In this document: positions 1 to 9,700 of the stretch, piece after piece
Layout of the letters: each line of letters starts with the position of its first letter
Position numbering within the stretch: position 1 is the first letter of the stretch
Origin: a virus
Lineage: Duplodnaviria > Caudoviricetes
IMG/VR virus record: IMGVR_UViG_3300033067_002127
Coordinates: 1-41,169 of that record
DNA length: 41,169 bases
Reading direction: 5' to 3' (one strand)
Program-made: the position numbers and the translations under genes
The notes under the pieces: generated by a model
The model's input: the letters and a program-made list of their open reading frames with translations, nothing else
What the model was told of the DNA's origin: nothing
The model's database searches: none

Positions 1-654
1 TTGGGTCAAGGTGGCATCAGCTTGCTGGCGGGCTTGAGCTTCATCGGCCAAGTCTTGGGTCAAGGCGGCATCGGCCTGCTGGCGAGCAAGTTCTTCCGCA
101 TCAATCGCGTCAGAAAGCTCAGCATCTGCAAGCATGCGGCTATTTTGCTCTGCGAGGACAGCCGCAGCGGAGCCGTTCGATAGGGCAGCAATTGCAGCAA
201 CACGCGCAGCAGTTTCCGCTGCTAAGTTTTGGGTCAGAACAGTATCAGCTTGCTGTCGGGCAAGTTCTTCGGCCTCAATCGCCGCCAATAACTGGGCATC
301 AGCTTGGCTGCGTAGCGTTTGCTCCAAGCTTAGATTTGCACTATTCACCAAGTCGCCAGAAATCCGTTCGTCACGAAGCAGATCAACAACATCAGTGATT
401 TGTAAGTCCGTATATTCGTTAGCTTGGTTGAGCGGATCGTAAGGGCTCTTCACCCACTCACTGCCATTCCACTGGTAGTTGCCCCGATCACTTAGAGCCA
501 CGTCCTCAGTAACTCGGGCAATAATCTGATCATCTAAAGGAGCACCAGAGGCGATCAACTCCGCCTTGGTTGCGTAGTTTAGATAACCTGTAACAATTTC
601 ACGGACAACAGCCACTTGGCCGACACCCATTTGAAACTTGGCTGGATTAGACAT
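1..654 (-). CDS. Tail fibre/tailspike-like protein, N-terminal part (runs off the window edge)
   Basis: Not in the ORF track. ATG at 654 after GGAG, frame open to base 1: MSNPAKFQMGVGQVAVV...GNYQWNGSEWVKSPYDPLNQANEYTDL, then 18-aa E..ARQQAD..L coiled-coil repeats typical of fibre shafts. Confidence 0.75.
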   Translation of the reverse strand, partial: MSNPAKFQMGVGQVAVVREIVTGYLNYATKAELIASGAPLDDQIIARVTEDVALSDRGNYQWNGSEWVKSPYDPLNQANEYTDLQITDVVDLLRDERISGDLVNSANLSLEQTLRSQADAQLLAAIEAEELARQQADTVLTQNLAAETAARVAAIAALSNGSAAAVLAEQNSRMLADAELSDAIDAEELARQQADAALTQDLADEAQARQQADATLTQ

Positions 655-663
655 AAGAGCTCC

Positions 664-1044
664 TTAAACTGGTGCCGTGGTAGACAGCGTAGGTGACGCT
701 TTTACTTCCAAGTAAAAGCAGGGCACCACAGGAAAAATGTAGCCTTCAGGGTAGCTATCATTCGGCTGGATTTCATAAATGACATCGAACTTTATGGTCT
801 GACCCGCGAGTAGAGCTCGGTCATCAGCAAGCCACGGTTTGGTATTTAAGACCATCAAGGCTTTGCCTTTGTTGAGAATCTGATCCAGTAATACAAAACT
901 GAACTGATCAACAAAGTTACCTTCCCCGTCCGTAATGTGGGCTTTGAACTGCCCCTCAAGGGTAGCGAGGTTCACGTCGGGTATGTGAATAGGCCAAGAG
1001 ATACTTTGGCCAAGAATCAAAGACTCAGTGCATCCGCATGGCAT
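664..1044 (-). CDS. Hypothetical virion protein (possible fibre adaptor, BppU-like beta-sandwich)
   Basis: ORF 664..1071 in the track; the ATG at 1044 (MPCGCTES) is the more likely start. Beta-rich, directly upstream of the fibre gene. Confidence 0.5.
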   Translation of the reverse strand: MPCGCTESLILGQSISWPIHIPDVNLATLEGQFKAHITDGEGNFVDQFSFVLLDQILNKGKALMVLNTKPWLADDRALLAGQTIKFDVIYEIQPNDSYPEGYIFPVVPCFYLEVKASPTLSTTAPV

Positions 1045-1088
1045 GATACAAACCAGAAATATAAAACTCACAAAACTATAACACGATG

Positions 1089-1113
1089 AAGGGGCTTTTC
1101 AGCCCCTTTTTTT
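1089..1113. terminator. Intrinsic terminator-like hairpin, originally directly after the endolysin stop
   Basis: AAGGGGCT-TTTC-AGCCCCTT followed by a T run on +. The same GGGCTTTTCAGCCC core recurs after the capsid gene. Confidence 0.7.
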
Positions 1114-1115
1114 AT

Positions 1116-2347
1116 CAACTTCGCCGTAAAACCCCGCCCCGTTTAGGGCGGGGATATAAGGCGGCGATACCGAAGGGGTTCGGCTGTGGCGAAGACCAGT
1201 CTAACACCATCATGGTATCGCTAAAAAAGCGTGAACTTAGGGCTGAAAATTGGTAGAGTATAACCATGAAAACACTCAAATTGCGGATTAAAGACAAACA
1301 CGCCAAGGTGCTGATTCAGTTAGCATCAGAGGTCAATTTTGTCTGGAATTACTGCAACGACTTGAGCTACAAACATCTGCAACGCACAGGCAAGTTCTTT
1401 TCCGCATTCGACATTGCTGCCTACACCAAAGGGGCAAGTAAGTCAGGCTTGAGTTTGCACAGCCAGACCATCCAAGCCATCACCGAAGAACTGGTGACGC
1501 GGCGCAGGCAATTTAAAAAAGCCAAGTTGAATTGGCGTGTATCCAATCCAAAATCGGCCAAAAAATCACTGGGTTGGATACCGTTCAAAGCATCAGGCAT
1601 TCAGTACCAAAACGGCCAAGTTAAATACGCAGGGCAATGGTTTGGTCTGTGGGACAGCTATGGATTGAGCAAGTACAAGGTACGGTGTGGCAGCTTCAAT
1701 CAAGACTCTCGTGGTCGTTGGTATGTCAATCTAGTGGTGGATACACCTGAACCAGCCACGACCACCGAAGGCAAAACCTCCATAGGCATTGATTTAGGCT
1801 TGAAAGATTTTGCCACACTGTCGAATGGTCAAAAGATCGAAGCCCAGCGCACCTACCGAAAATATGAGCAAAAACTCGGGATTGCTCAACGTGCCAAACA
1901 AAAACAACGGGTAAAAGCAATCCATGCCAAGATTAAAAACATCAGAAATGATTTTTTGCACAAACTCAGCCGTCAGTTGGTCAATGACCACGCGGCAATC
2001 TTCGTTGGCAATGTAAACGCCAAAGGCCTAGCACAAACCAAACTGGCAAAGTCAGTGATGGATGCAGGCTGGACGGCGTTTAGAACTATGCTCAAGTACA
2101 AATGCGATCACGCAGGTGTATGGTTTTTCGAGGTCAACGAAGCGTATACCACCCAGACTTGTTCGCGCTGTGGCTCACGCCACAATAGTCCGAAAGGTAG
2201 AGCAGGTTTGCGAATAAGAGAATGGACTTGTCAGCAGTGCGGTACACTGCATGACCGCGACGTGAACGCCGCAAAGAACATTCTCGCGCTCGGACATGAG
2301 CGTCTTGTAGAAGGAATCCCCGTCCTTTAGGACGGGGAGGATGTCAA
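1116..2347 (+). mobile_element. IS200/IS605-family element, tnpB-only (IS1341-like, non-autonomous)
   Basis: TTAT target at 1112-1115; left-end hairpin CCCCGCCC-CGTTTA-GGGCGGGG 1132-1153; right-end hairpin TCCCCGTCC-TTTA-GGACGGGGA 2317-2338; terminal TCAA 2344-2347; no tnpA; no target duplication. Confidence 0.88.
1266..2330 (+). CDS. tnpB: RNA-guided endonuclease TnpB
   Basis: N-terminal LKLRI..L...VNFVWN, RuvC-I IGIDLG, zinc finger CSRC..CQQC, RuvC-III DRDVNAAKNI; 354 aa. Confidence 0.95.
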   Translation: MKTLKLRIKDKHAKVLIQLASEVNFVWNYCNDLSYKHLQRTGKFFSAFDIAAYTKGASKSGLSLHSQTIQAITEELVTRRRQFKKAKLNWRVSNPKSAKKSLGWIPFKASGIQYQNGQVKYAGQWFGLWDSYGLSKYKVRCGSFNQDSRGRWYVNLVVDTPEPATTTEGKTSIGIDLGLKDFATLSNGQKIEAQRTYRKYEQKLGIAQRAKQKQRVKAIHAKIKNIRNDFLHKLSRQLVNDHAAIFVGNVNAKGLAQTKLAKSVMDAGWTAFRTMLKYKCDHAGVWFFEVNEAYTTQTCSRCGSRHNSPKGRAGLRIREWTCQQCGTLHDRDVNAAKNILALGHERLVEGIPVL

Positions 2348-2367
2348 TTTTCCCAGTGAACGAAGTC
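2150..2367 (+). ncRNA. Predicted TnpB omega/reRNA (scaffold overlapping the tnpB 3' end and right end; guide about 2348-2367)
   Basis: Established architecture of IS200/IS605 TnpB. The 5' boundary is a guess; the guide is the flank after TCAA (TTTTCCCAGTGAACGAAGTC). Confidence 0.55.
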
Positions 2368-2835
2368 CCACTCGTTCTTCTCTCCCACTTTCCCATCCTC
2401 GTCCCAGTCGCCGCCCCAGCGCAGAAACGGCTTGCCTAACTCGGTGGCTGCTTTTTTAAAGGCTTCATCCATGGCCTTAAAGGTTGAAACGGGGGCTTGC
2501 CATTCCCCAACCACTGGTAGTAAATCAACCGCGTGGCTGAACCCATCTCGCTGCAGGCAATGTTTGCTGTTCAGGGGATGGCGCAGCCAAGTGACCTTTT
2601 TGGCATTGGGTTGTGCGTATTTCGCAGCACCACCAACGCGGGCGAGTTCCTGTACCGTTCGTCCTTTGCCCCAGTTGCGGTAGGCTTGATCTGCACTGCG
2701 GACGCCTTCAATTACTGAAAAGTCGTGGGCACAGTATTTGGTGAGTCCCAGAGTAACGATGGCAACCACGTCGGGATGAACTCCCTGCAGATTTGCTAGA
2801 GACCGGCGGCCAAATTTAAAGTTTGTCTTCGCCAT
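2344..2835 (-). CDS. Endolysin, M15-family L-Ala-D-Glu peptidase (T5 lys-like)
   Basis: FGRRSLANLQGVHPD, DFSVIEGVRS, SKH, HAVDL, RWGGDW, DFVHWE motifs. ATG at 2835 with upstream GGAG (the track start at 2886 is probably too long). Confidence 0.92.
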   Translation of the reverse strand: MAKTNFKFGRRSLANLQGVHPDVVAIVTLGLTKYCAHDFSVIEGVRSADQAYRNWGKGRTVQELARVGGAAKYAQPNAKKVTWLRHPLNSKHCLQRDGFSHAVDLLPVVGEWQAPVSTFKAMDEAFKKAATELGKPFLRWGGDWDEDGKVGEKNEWDFVHWEN

Positions 2836-3094
2836 AACCTGATGCTCCTGTGTTTGCGTTGAGTCGAAAAAGAAGGTTAGCGGCAAGGATAAGTCCCACA
2901 GCTAACAACAGTGTTAAAGCAACGCCGCTTTGCTGCTGCATCCCGATCCAGCAACAAATCAACCCAAAAGAAACCAGTGCGGCCTTTCGGTGTGTTGAGG
3001 TGTCGAACATTCGATTGGGTAAGAAAAACAGCAAGGCAAAGAGGATAAAAGCGGCAGCCCAATAATCACAAGGCTTGGTCAAAAGTTCAAACAT
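2816..3094 (-). CDS. Small multi-pass membrane protein (holin/antiholin candidate)
   Basis: 92 aa with three hydrophobic segments; overlaps both neighbours in the lysis cassette. Confidence 0.6.
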   Translation of the reverse strand: MFELLTKPCDYWAAAFILFALLFFLPNRMFDTSTHRKAALVSFGLICCWIGMQQQSGVALTLLLAVGLILAANLLFRLNANTGASGYGEDKL

Positions 3095-3485
3095 TTCGGT
3101 TTCCCCGAATTACAGCTAACACGATTGATGCGATCAGAGCGCGTACCTGCTCTGCGAAAATAGGCGCGGCAAAAGCAACCCCCGCTACTGAGATAATAGT
3201 CCCAAGTGTTAAAGATTGGCTACGGTCAATCGTGTAAACAAAGGCTACAAAACCAAATAGCAAACTCAACAAACCTTTAGTGTACCAGTTGGTGATTTTG
3301 CTGCCTTCAGGCTGAGGCACCAAAATACCCGCAACCGTTCCGAGAACAAGGGAAACCAAACAACCGGTGACGACCAGTTCGGTTCGATGGCTTACGACGA
3401 GAGCATCCAGAGGCCCTGCGTGCGCCAGATGTGCGCTGCTGAGGAGCACTAAGCAGCTCAGAATAAAAAGGTTAGACCGAAACAT
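3087..3485 (-). CDS. Membrane protein, putative holin
   Basis: 132 aa, signal-peptide-like N-terminus plus about three TM segments and a basic C-terminus; upstream of the endolysin. Confidence 0.6.
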   Translation of the reverse strand: MFRSNLFILSCLVLLSSAHLAHAGPLDALVVSHRTELVVTGCLVSLVLGTVAGILVPQPEGSKITNWYTKGLLSLLFGFVAFVYTIDRSQSLTLGTIISVAGVAFAAPIFAEQVRALIASIVLAVIRGNRNV

Positions 3486-3668
3486 CGAAGCTCTCCGTTA
3501 AATGTTTACGAAGAATACTACAAACACCAACTCTTTTAGTCTTGTGTTTTACATATCGTCGGAGTCAAGCCCCAACTGCTACTTTTTTACACAAGATTTA
3601 GTGTTTGACTGATTGCCCAGACACAAGAGTTTGTCTAAGGTAATACCTCCACGAAGGAGATACCTCAC

Positions 3669-5645
3669 ATGACCATAGCGATGCCCGCTTATTTGGCCAA
3701 CCGTGTGTTGCCAATCGAAGAATTTGCGCTACGCACCCTTGAAGAACGCTACTACCTGAAACGCCCCGACTATACGGAAACAGACCACAAACAGTGCTAC
3801 TGGCGCTGCGCTGTGGCGTTTTCAGACAACCTAGCGATGGCGGAACGGATTTACGAGTACATTCTGAAACGCTGGTTTGGCCCCGCAAGTCCTGTTCTTT
3901 CAAACGCTCCAGTTCGACTCACTTGGGGCTTAACCTTCAAAGCAAATTTTCTCCCTCAACGCTTCCTTGACACTCGCGGCCCTCAGCCCATTTCTTGCTT
4001 TGTCCCCTACGTCCCAGACTCTCGTGAAGGTATCTCCGACTATTATCGTGAGGCCATGTTCCTGAACTCGAATGGGGGTGGGATCGGGGCTGGTTGGAAT
4101 GCCCTGCGCGAGGCGGGCGCACCCACCAGCACCGGCCAGAAAACGGGCGGGGTTGTGGCTTTTGAAGGTGTACAAGACAAATTGGTCTTGGCAACCAATC
4201 AAGGCAGCAACCGCCGTGGAGCGATCATGTCGGAAATCGACGTGAGTCACCCTGAGATTCTCGAACACATTTCTTTACGCAACCCCACTGGTGACGCTAA
4301 TCGTCGGGCGCGTAATATCCATATCGGTGTCAATATCCCTGACGCATTTATGCGGGCAGTGATTCTTGATCAACCATGGGATTTGGTGTCTCCTTACGAC
4401 GGGCAGGTCAAGGCTACTGTACAAGCGCGGACTCTCTGGGAAAAAATCCTTGAGATCCGCGTTGGTAAAGGTGGCGAACCAATGCTCCACTTTATTGACC
4501 GCAGTAATGAGATGATGCCTGCGAGTCAAAAAGCGAAAGGATTACGAGTCAACAACTCGAACCTCTGCCATGAAATCACGCTCGCCAATAACGCCGAACG
4601 AACTGCGGTCTGCTGCCTATCCTCTATTAACGTGGCTCATGCTGATGAGTTCATGGATCATCCTTTGTTTATTGAGGATGTGACCCGTTTTCTCGATAAC
4701 GTCACTGAGTATTTCATCCAGACTGCCTGCTATAACATCGCGGATAAAGAAGAATTTTCTCGATTCCGTCGGGTCGTGGCTGAAGCCTTGGAGACTATCG
4801 AAGTCACTGATCCAGAGCAGGTTCAAAAAGTCGCGGACTACACCCTGCGCAACTACATCAAAGCAATGTCGAAAGCCGTTTATTCGGCCAGCCAAGAGCG
4901 TGCTTTGGGTATTGGCCAAATGGGTGTTCACACCTACCTGCAAAAGAAAGGTATCGCCTACGAATCTCGTAAGGCTTTGATCTTTGTTGAAAAGATTTCC
5001 AAGCACATCCAGACTCAGGCTCGTGCTGCGAGTAAGAAACTGGCCAAGGAGCGGGGTGAAGCACCAGACATGGTGGGCACCGGCTACCGTAACAGTCACT
5101 TGACCGCGATGGCACCAACCGCCACCAACGCCATCCTCACCCAGAACTGTTCCCCCAGTGGTGAGCCCGTATTCCAGAACGTGTACGTTCACAAGACGCT
5201 TTCGGGCAGCTTCTTGGTCAAGAACCCCCAACTGGAACAGGATCTTGAAAAGCTCGGCTTAAACACCGAGATTATTTGGAAAAGCATCACCCAGCATGAT
5301 GGTTCGATCCAGCATCTGGACGGCGTGCCCGAAAACTTCAAGAAGATCTACAAGACTTCCTTTGAGATCGATAACCGTTGGATTATTGATCATTACGCGA
5401 TTCGGCAGGGTTACATTTGCCAAGCGCAATCCCTGAACCTGTTTGTGTTACCAACGGCCAGCAAAACCTACGTCAACATGCTACACATTTTAGCTTGGCG
5501 CAAAGGCTTGAAAACAGTCTACTACCTCAAGTCCAAAGGTTTGCGTAGCGGCTTTAACCAAGCCCAAGACTCCACCAATGGTATCAAGATCGACGCGAAC
5601 CACATGGAAGTCGATTATCACCAATGCCCATCCTGTGAGGGTTAA
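3669..5645 (+). CDS. nrdA: Ribonucleotide reductase class I alpha subunit (no ATP cone)
   Basis: PASPVLSN, PISCF, GGGIG, RRGA, SNLCHEI, VCCLSS, APTAT, KTVYYLK and C-terminal CPSCEG; RBS AAGGAG. Confidence 0.96.
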   Translation: MTIAMPAYLANRVLPIEEFALRTLEERYYLKRPDYTETDHKQCYWRCAVAFSDNLAMAERIYEYILKRWFGPASPVLSNAPVRLTWGLTFKANFLPQRFLDTRGPQPISCFVPYVPDSREGISDYYREAMFLNSNGGGIGAGWNALREAGAPTSTGQKTGGVVAFEGVQDKLVLATNQGSNRRGAIMSEIDVSHPEILEHISLRNPTGDANRRARNIHIGVNIPDAFMRAVILDQPWDLVSPYDGQVKATVQARTLWEKILEIRVGKGGEPMLHFIDRSNEMMPASQKAKGLRVNNSNLCHEITLANNAERTAVCCLSSINVAHADEFMDHPLFIEDVTRFLDNVTEYFIQTACYNIADKEEFSRFRRVVAEALETIEVTDPEQVQKVADYTLRNYIKAMSKAVYSASQERALGIGQMGVHTYLQKKGIAYESRKALIFVEKISKHIQTQARAASKKLAKERGEAPDMVGTGYRNSHLTAMAPTATNAILTQNCSPSGEPVFQNVYVHKTLSGSFLVKNPQLEQDLEKLGLNTEIIWKSITQHDGSIQHLDGVPENFKKIYKTSFEIDNRWIIDHYAIRQGYICQAQSLNLFVLPTASKTYVNMLHILAWRKGLKTVYYLKSKGLRSGFNQAQDSTNGIKIDANHMEVDYHQCPSCEG

Positions 5646-5648
5646 TTT

Positions 5649-6701
5649 ATGACCGCTTTGACCGCCCCTGAACTCCACGGCTCGTTGACTTTGACTCAAG
5701 AGCGTGACTACTACCAGCCGTTTCGTTACCCTCAAGCCTTTGAGTTTTACAAGGCTCAAGAGGCCATGCACTGGACTGTCGAAGAGACCCCCATCGGTGA
5801 AGACAAGATGGATTGGGACTTCCGACTCGACAACGGCACCAAGAATGTCTACGCCAGTGTGTTGCAGTGGTTTACCCAGCAGGATGTCAACGTAGCTTCT
5901 GGCTATTACGACTGCATCCTCCGCTGGTACAAGCAGCCAGAGCTGCGCATGATGTACGGCCACGTTGCCCGTACCGAGGGGTTGCACGTTGATGCGTACT
6001 CAACCATCCCCGAACAGCTCGGTTTGCCCGACACGGATTACGCTGGTTTCTTGAAGATCAAAGAGACCGCAGACAAGCATGAGTATTACACTCAGCGCGT
6101 GGAAGGGGCTACCGCCGAGGAACGCTGCACGTTCCTGATCCGCAACGGTGTCTTTGGTGAAGGTGTTTCACTCTACGGCCTCTTCACAATCTTGATGAAC
6201 GCGCAGCGTTTTGGCCACATGAAAAACCTTGGCCAAATGATCACTTGGTCAGCGCGTGATGAAGACGTGCATGTCACCATCAATCTCTGGACGTTCAAAA
6301 CCGAACTGGAAGAAAATCCAGAAGTTTGGAACAAGGCATTCAAGGCCAAGATTTATGACATGGCTCGCCACGTTACCACAATGGAAAAGGCTTACGTCCG
6401 TGAAGCGTTGCGTCACGGTGAGCTTCCTGACCTGACCTTGAGCGATCTGGAAAAGTTCATTGAGTTCTTGGTGGATTGGCGTTTGACCCAGATTGGCTTG
6501 AAGCCGATTCATGGCGTTCAGGAAAATCCCTTGAAATGGATGGACTGGGTGTTTAGCAACAGCGAACTGACCAACTTCTTTGAAAACCGCAGTGCGGCCT
6601 ACGCCACCGGTATGCTGCAGGGGGAGTGGAAAGACAGCTACCCACCCTCAACCGAAGAGTGGGCAACCTTGGAACCGATGTACTCCAAGAACACCATTTA
6701 A
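5649..6701 (+). CDS. nrdB: Ribonucleotide reductase class Ia beta subunit
   Basis: YQPFRYP..W, QDVNV, EGLHVDAY (radical Tyr), EGVSLY, RDEDVH and NFFENR motifs. Confidence 0.96.
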   Translation: MTALTAPELHGSLTLTQERDYYQPFRYPQAFEFYKAQEAMHWTVEETPIGEDKMDWDFRLDNGTKNVYASVLQWFTQQDVNVASGYYDCILRWYKQPELRMMYGHVARTEGLHVDAYSTIPEQLGLPDTDYAGFLKIKETADKHEYYTQRVEGATAEERCTFLIRNGVFGEGVSLYGLFTILMNAQRFGHMKNLGQMITWSARDEDVHVTINLWTFKTELEENPEVWNKAFKAKIYDMARHVTTMEKAYVREALRHGELPDLTLSDLEKFIEFLVDWRLTQIGLKPIHGVQENPLKWMDWVFSNSELTNFFENRSAAYATGMLQGEWKDSYPPSTEEWATLEPMYSKNTI

Positions 6702-9700
6702 GTCAGAGTGATTGTGCGTACTGCGGTACGCACATCCGGCATACGGGAGTTCGCTCCCGTATCTTTTCCAACATAATAAAAATAGACCTCATAATCACCA
6801 GCCCCTTCACCGAAAATTATCCCGCGTAGATAAAGAGTCGCAGCTCCTGATGCAAAACCATTATTCAAAGACGTGTTATCCGAACCTGCAGGCTGGGCTA
6901 CCAAATTTGTAATCTTAGGTGTCATCGGCACAAAAGAGCTTTGTCCTACCTTTCGTGCAAATACAATCACACCCTCAAACTGTGTGTGATTAACAGGCTG
7001 TACCGTCACAACTAAATGCACATACTTGTGGACAGGACGATCATAGTTTTGGGCATTGTAGTATTCAGCGATGTACGTCACGTCAGGTGATTGATGTTCA
7101 TGCCGAACTCTAAAACTTGAATCCGTCCAATTATCTGTCACACCGCTAAAGGAGGCCAAAGACATATTTGCCCAGTCATACTGCACATAAATAAACTCAT
7201 TACCGTACAGGTCTAGATCAACATCGAAAGTCGGAGCTAGTGGGTCTGGCTGTAAGAACTTATCGATCTGGAGTTTAACCAAAGATTCCCGAGACTGATA
7301 ATACCGACGGTAGTATAGATTAACAAATAGACCAACCGTGTCATTTGTGCGGAGAGATTCTTTACTACTGATCGTAATAGTGGGTTCGAGCAGATATTCA
7401 TTTTCCTGCGAATAAAAAGGTACAGGAACTGGTAAAACTTCACCAGAGAAAGTGTGCGTTCCACTGTCGTAGTTTTTAAACATCTCCAAACGGTGGTATT
7501 GGAAGATGTCCATATCTTCAGGATTCAACCATGCCACTTTCAGCGTGCTGTCGTAGAAGTCGTAAACCATGCGATCCGAGAGCTTTACTTCCTCAATGAG
7601 GGTCTGAACCGGTTTGGGGTTTTGGTTGAGCAAATAGAAAGTAGCTCCCCGATTACCGTTGGGGTCAATAACCGTAACCTCAAAGTTTATCAAGGTGGAA
7701 CGAACCGGATAGGCGGGGCTCAACAGCCCACGCACGCCCTCGGAACCACCCGCCAAAATCTGGCGATAGCCTTGAGACCGACTCAAACCCTCAGCGTACC
7801 AAACCACCTCATAAACATTACCGTCAATATGATCGACGCTAATATCAATCTCGTAGTTGAGACCGGACAGGGTATTTGTCAGATCCCCAAGCCCGACTGT
7901 AACCGTAAGCGGGGAGGGTACGTTATACCGATCTTTTAAGACCAGCTTGGTGGTGGTGAAACTAAAACCACTGGTTTCGGGATTCAGGTTATCAACCAGC
8001 TGGTATTTGGGTTGGAAAACCTCAGAAGCCTCTAACGTGTAGACGTGCGCATTACCTACCCCTTCGTCTTTGGCCATGAGGGTGCGGAACTGCTTTGGAG
8101 CTCCAATCCCTTCATTTGCGAACAGAACGCAAGTGTTTAAGGGGATGCTCAAAAAGTTGGTGGTATCTTCATGGCGGACATAACCATAGAGGCTGACTTT
8201 CTCCACTTGGGTTTGTTGTAAACCCAAGGTATTGAAAAAGTAGACCGTGTAAATATCTCCGATGGCACCTACCGTAGGATTCATCAACTCGAAACTATTC
8301 TCGGTGGTCTGGGTTACTCGGCCTGAATCTCCCCAACCACAGACTCGATCTGCCAATAAAAAGTTTTCGTATTGTGAGATATACAGGGGCAGTCGGGGAA
8401 TCTTAAAACTGACCATGATCGTTTCATATTTATTGGTCAGCATACTGTAGGCTGCCAAGCGTAGAGCTTCATCTAAATTGGTACAACCCACGGCGGTAAT
8501 ATCCGTAGAGATGATACCATTCAAAGCAATACTGGCAGGATCAGTAATCAGGCGAGTATCCTCTTTATAGTTGGTATCCGCATTCTGATAGCGCACTTTC
8601 ATGTAGTTGTAGCGCGAGGATAAGTCCGTGGTTGAATACTGGAAACCGTCGGTTAAAACCATCTCAGGGCAAACGAAAAAGGTGGGTTCACGTTCCTTGT
8701 CGATGTAAAGGGAGTATTGGCCATTCTTTTCCGAGAGAACCGCCCGAAAATTACCCGCGATGAATCGTTTGACTTCATCACTCGGCTTGTACTCTTGAAG
8801 AACCATATTCAAGGTGTGTCTTGGAATATAAGACTCACCATCCGTGGGATTAAAGGTCGGGATTAACTCGTCGCAGAACTGAGCGGCCTCATAAAAGCTG
8901 CTGTTATTAACTCCGATACTAGGTTCACGCGAACGATCGCCCCAATCTGGATTCATAATCAACTCGCGCAAGACCCAGACGGGGTTATTTGTCCATGCCT
9001 TTTTAAAATTGCCCAACCAGACTCCGTCGTATACCCGCGTGCGTGGGTTGTAGTTGACTGGCACGTCACAAAGAATACCATCGAGTACACACGAAATATC
9101 AGGAATGGCCGAGAAGCGATCCGTGTGCTGCGCAACAATATGAGCCAGAGCTACTCGGGGATAGCTGACTTTTGCTGAGCCGATTTTAGCAACTGAGTCG
9201 ATTGCAATTTCTTTGCTACTGTAGTCATCCGTAACCTCTGCAGTTTTACGGACAATTTCGACTTCCCAGTTTCCAGCAATGGGTGGTACAGGAATACCGA
9301 TCTCGTGAACATAACCCGAAGTGGTCTTGCCGGTAATAACGTAGGCTTTCGGGTTAGTTGTGCTGCTACCCGCCGTAAAACTATTCTCAACACTCTCAGT
9401 AACGATGTCTTTTTCGAGATAACCGTTTGGAGCCGCTTTACCGATATCGCCACCACTGGTAACCGCATTGGTGCCGTCGCTAACGATCAGGAGCTTTTTA
9501 CGGATGATCTCGTTTTTAGCGGCCTCGTCCATGAGTTCAAATGCGGCACGCTCGCTAGTGGTCATCCGCTTGAGTGCCGTCTGCAAATGGACACCACGAT
9601 ACATTTGCATCAGGAAAGAGGTGGTAACATACTGCCAAACCGTAGTGCCTTCAGGCCGATATTTTATCTCTAGTTCGATAGATGAAGTATAGACGGAACC

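Noticed and set aside
134-442. Plus-strand ORFs at the window start
   Set aside because: Shadows of the minus-strand fibre gene 1..654.
1115-1306. Minus-strand 63-aa ORF as a possible tnpA
   Set aside because: No HUH or catalytic Tyr motif; it simply reads through the left-end hairpin.
4725-4862. Intein or intron in nrdA
   Set aside because: Frame is uninterrupted, the insert is too short and it lacks C/S...HN splice termini.
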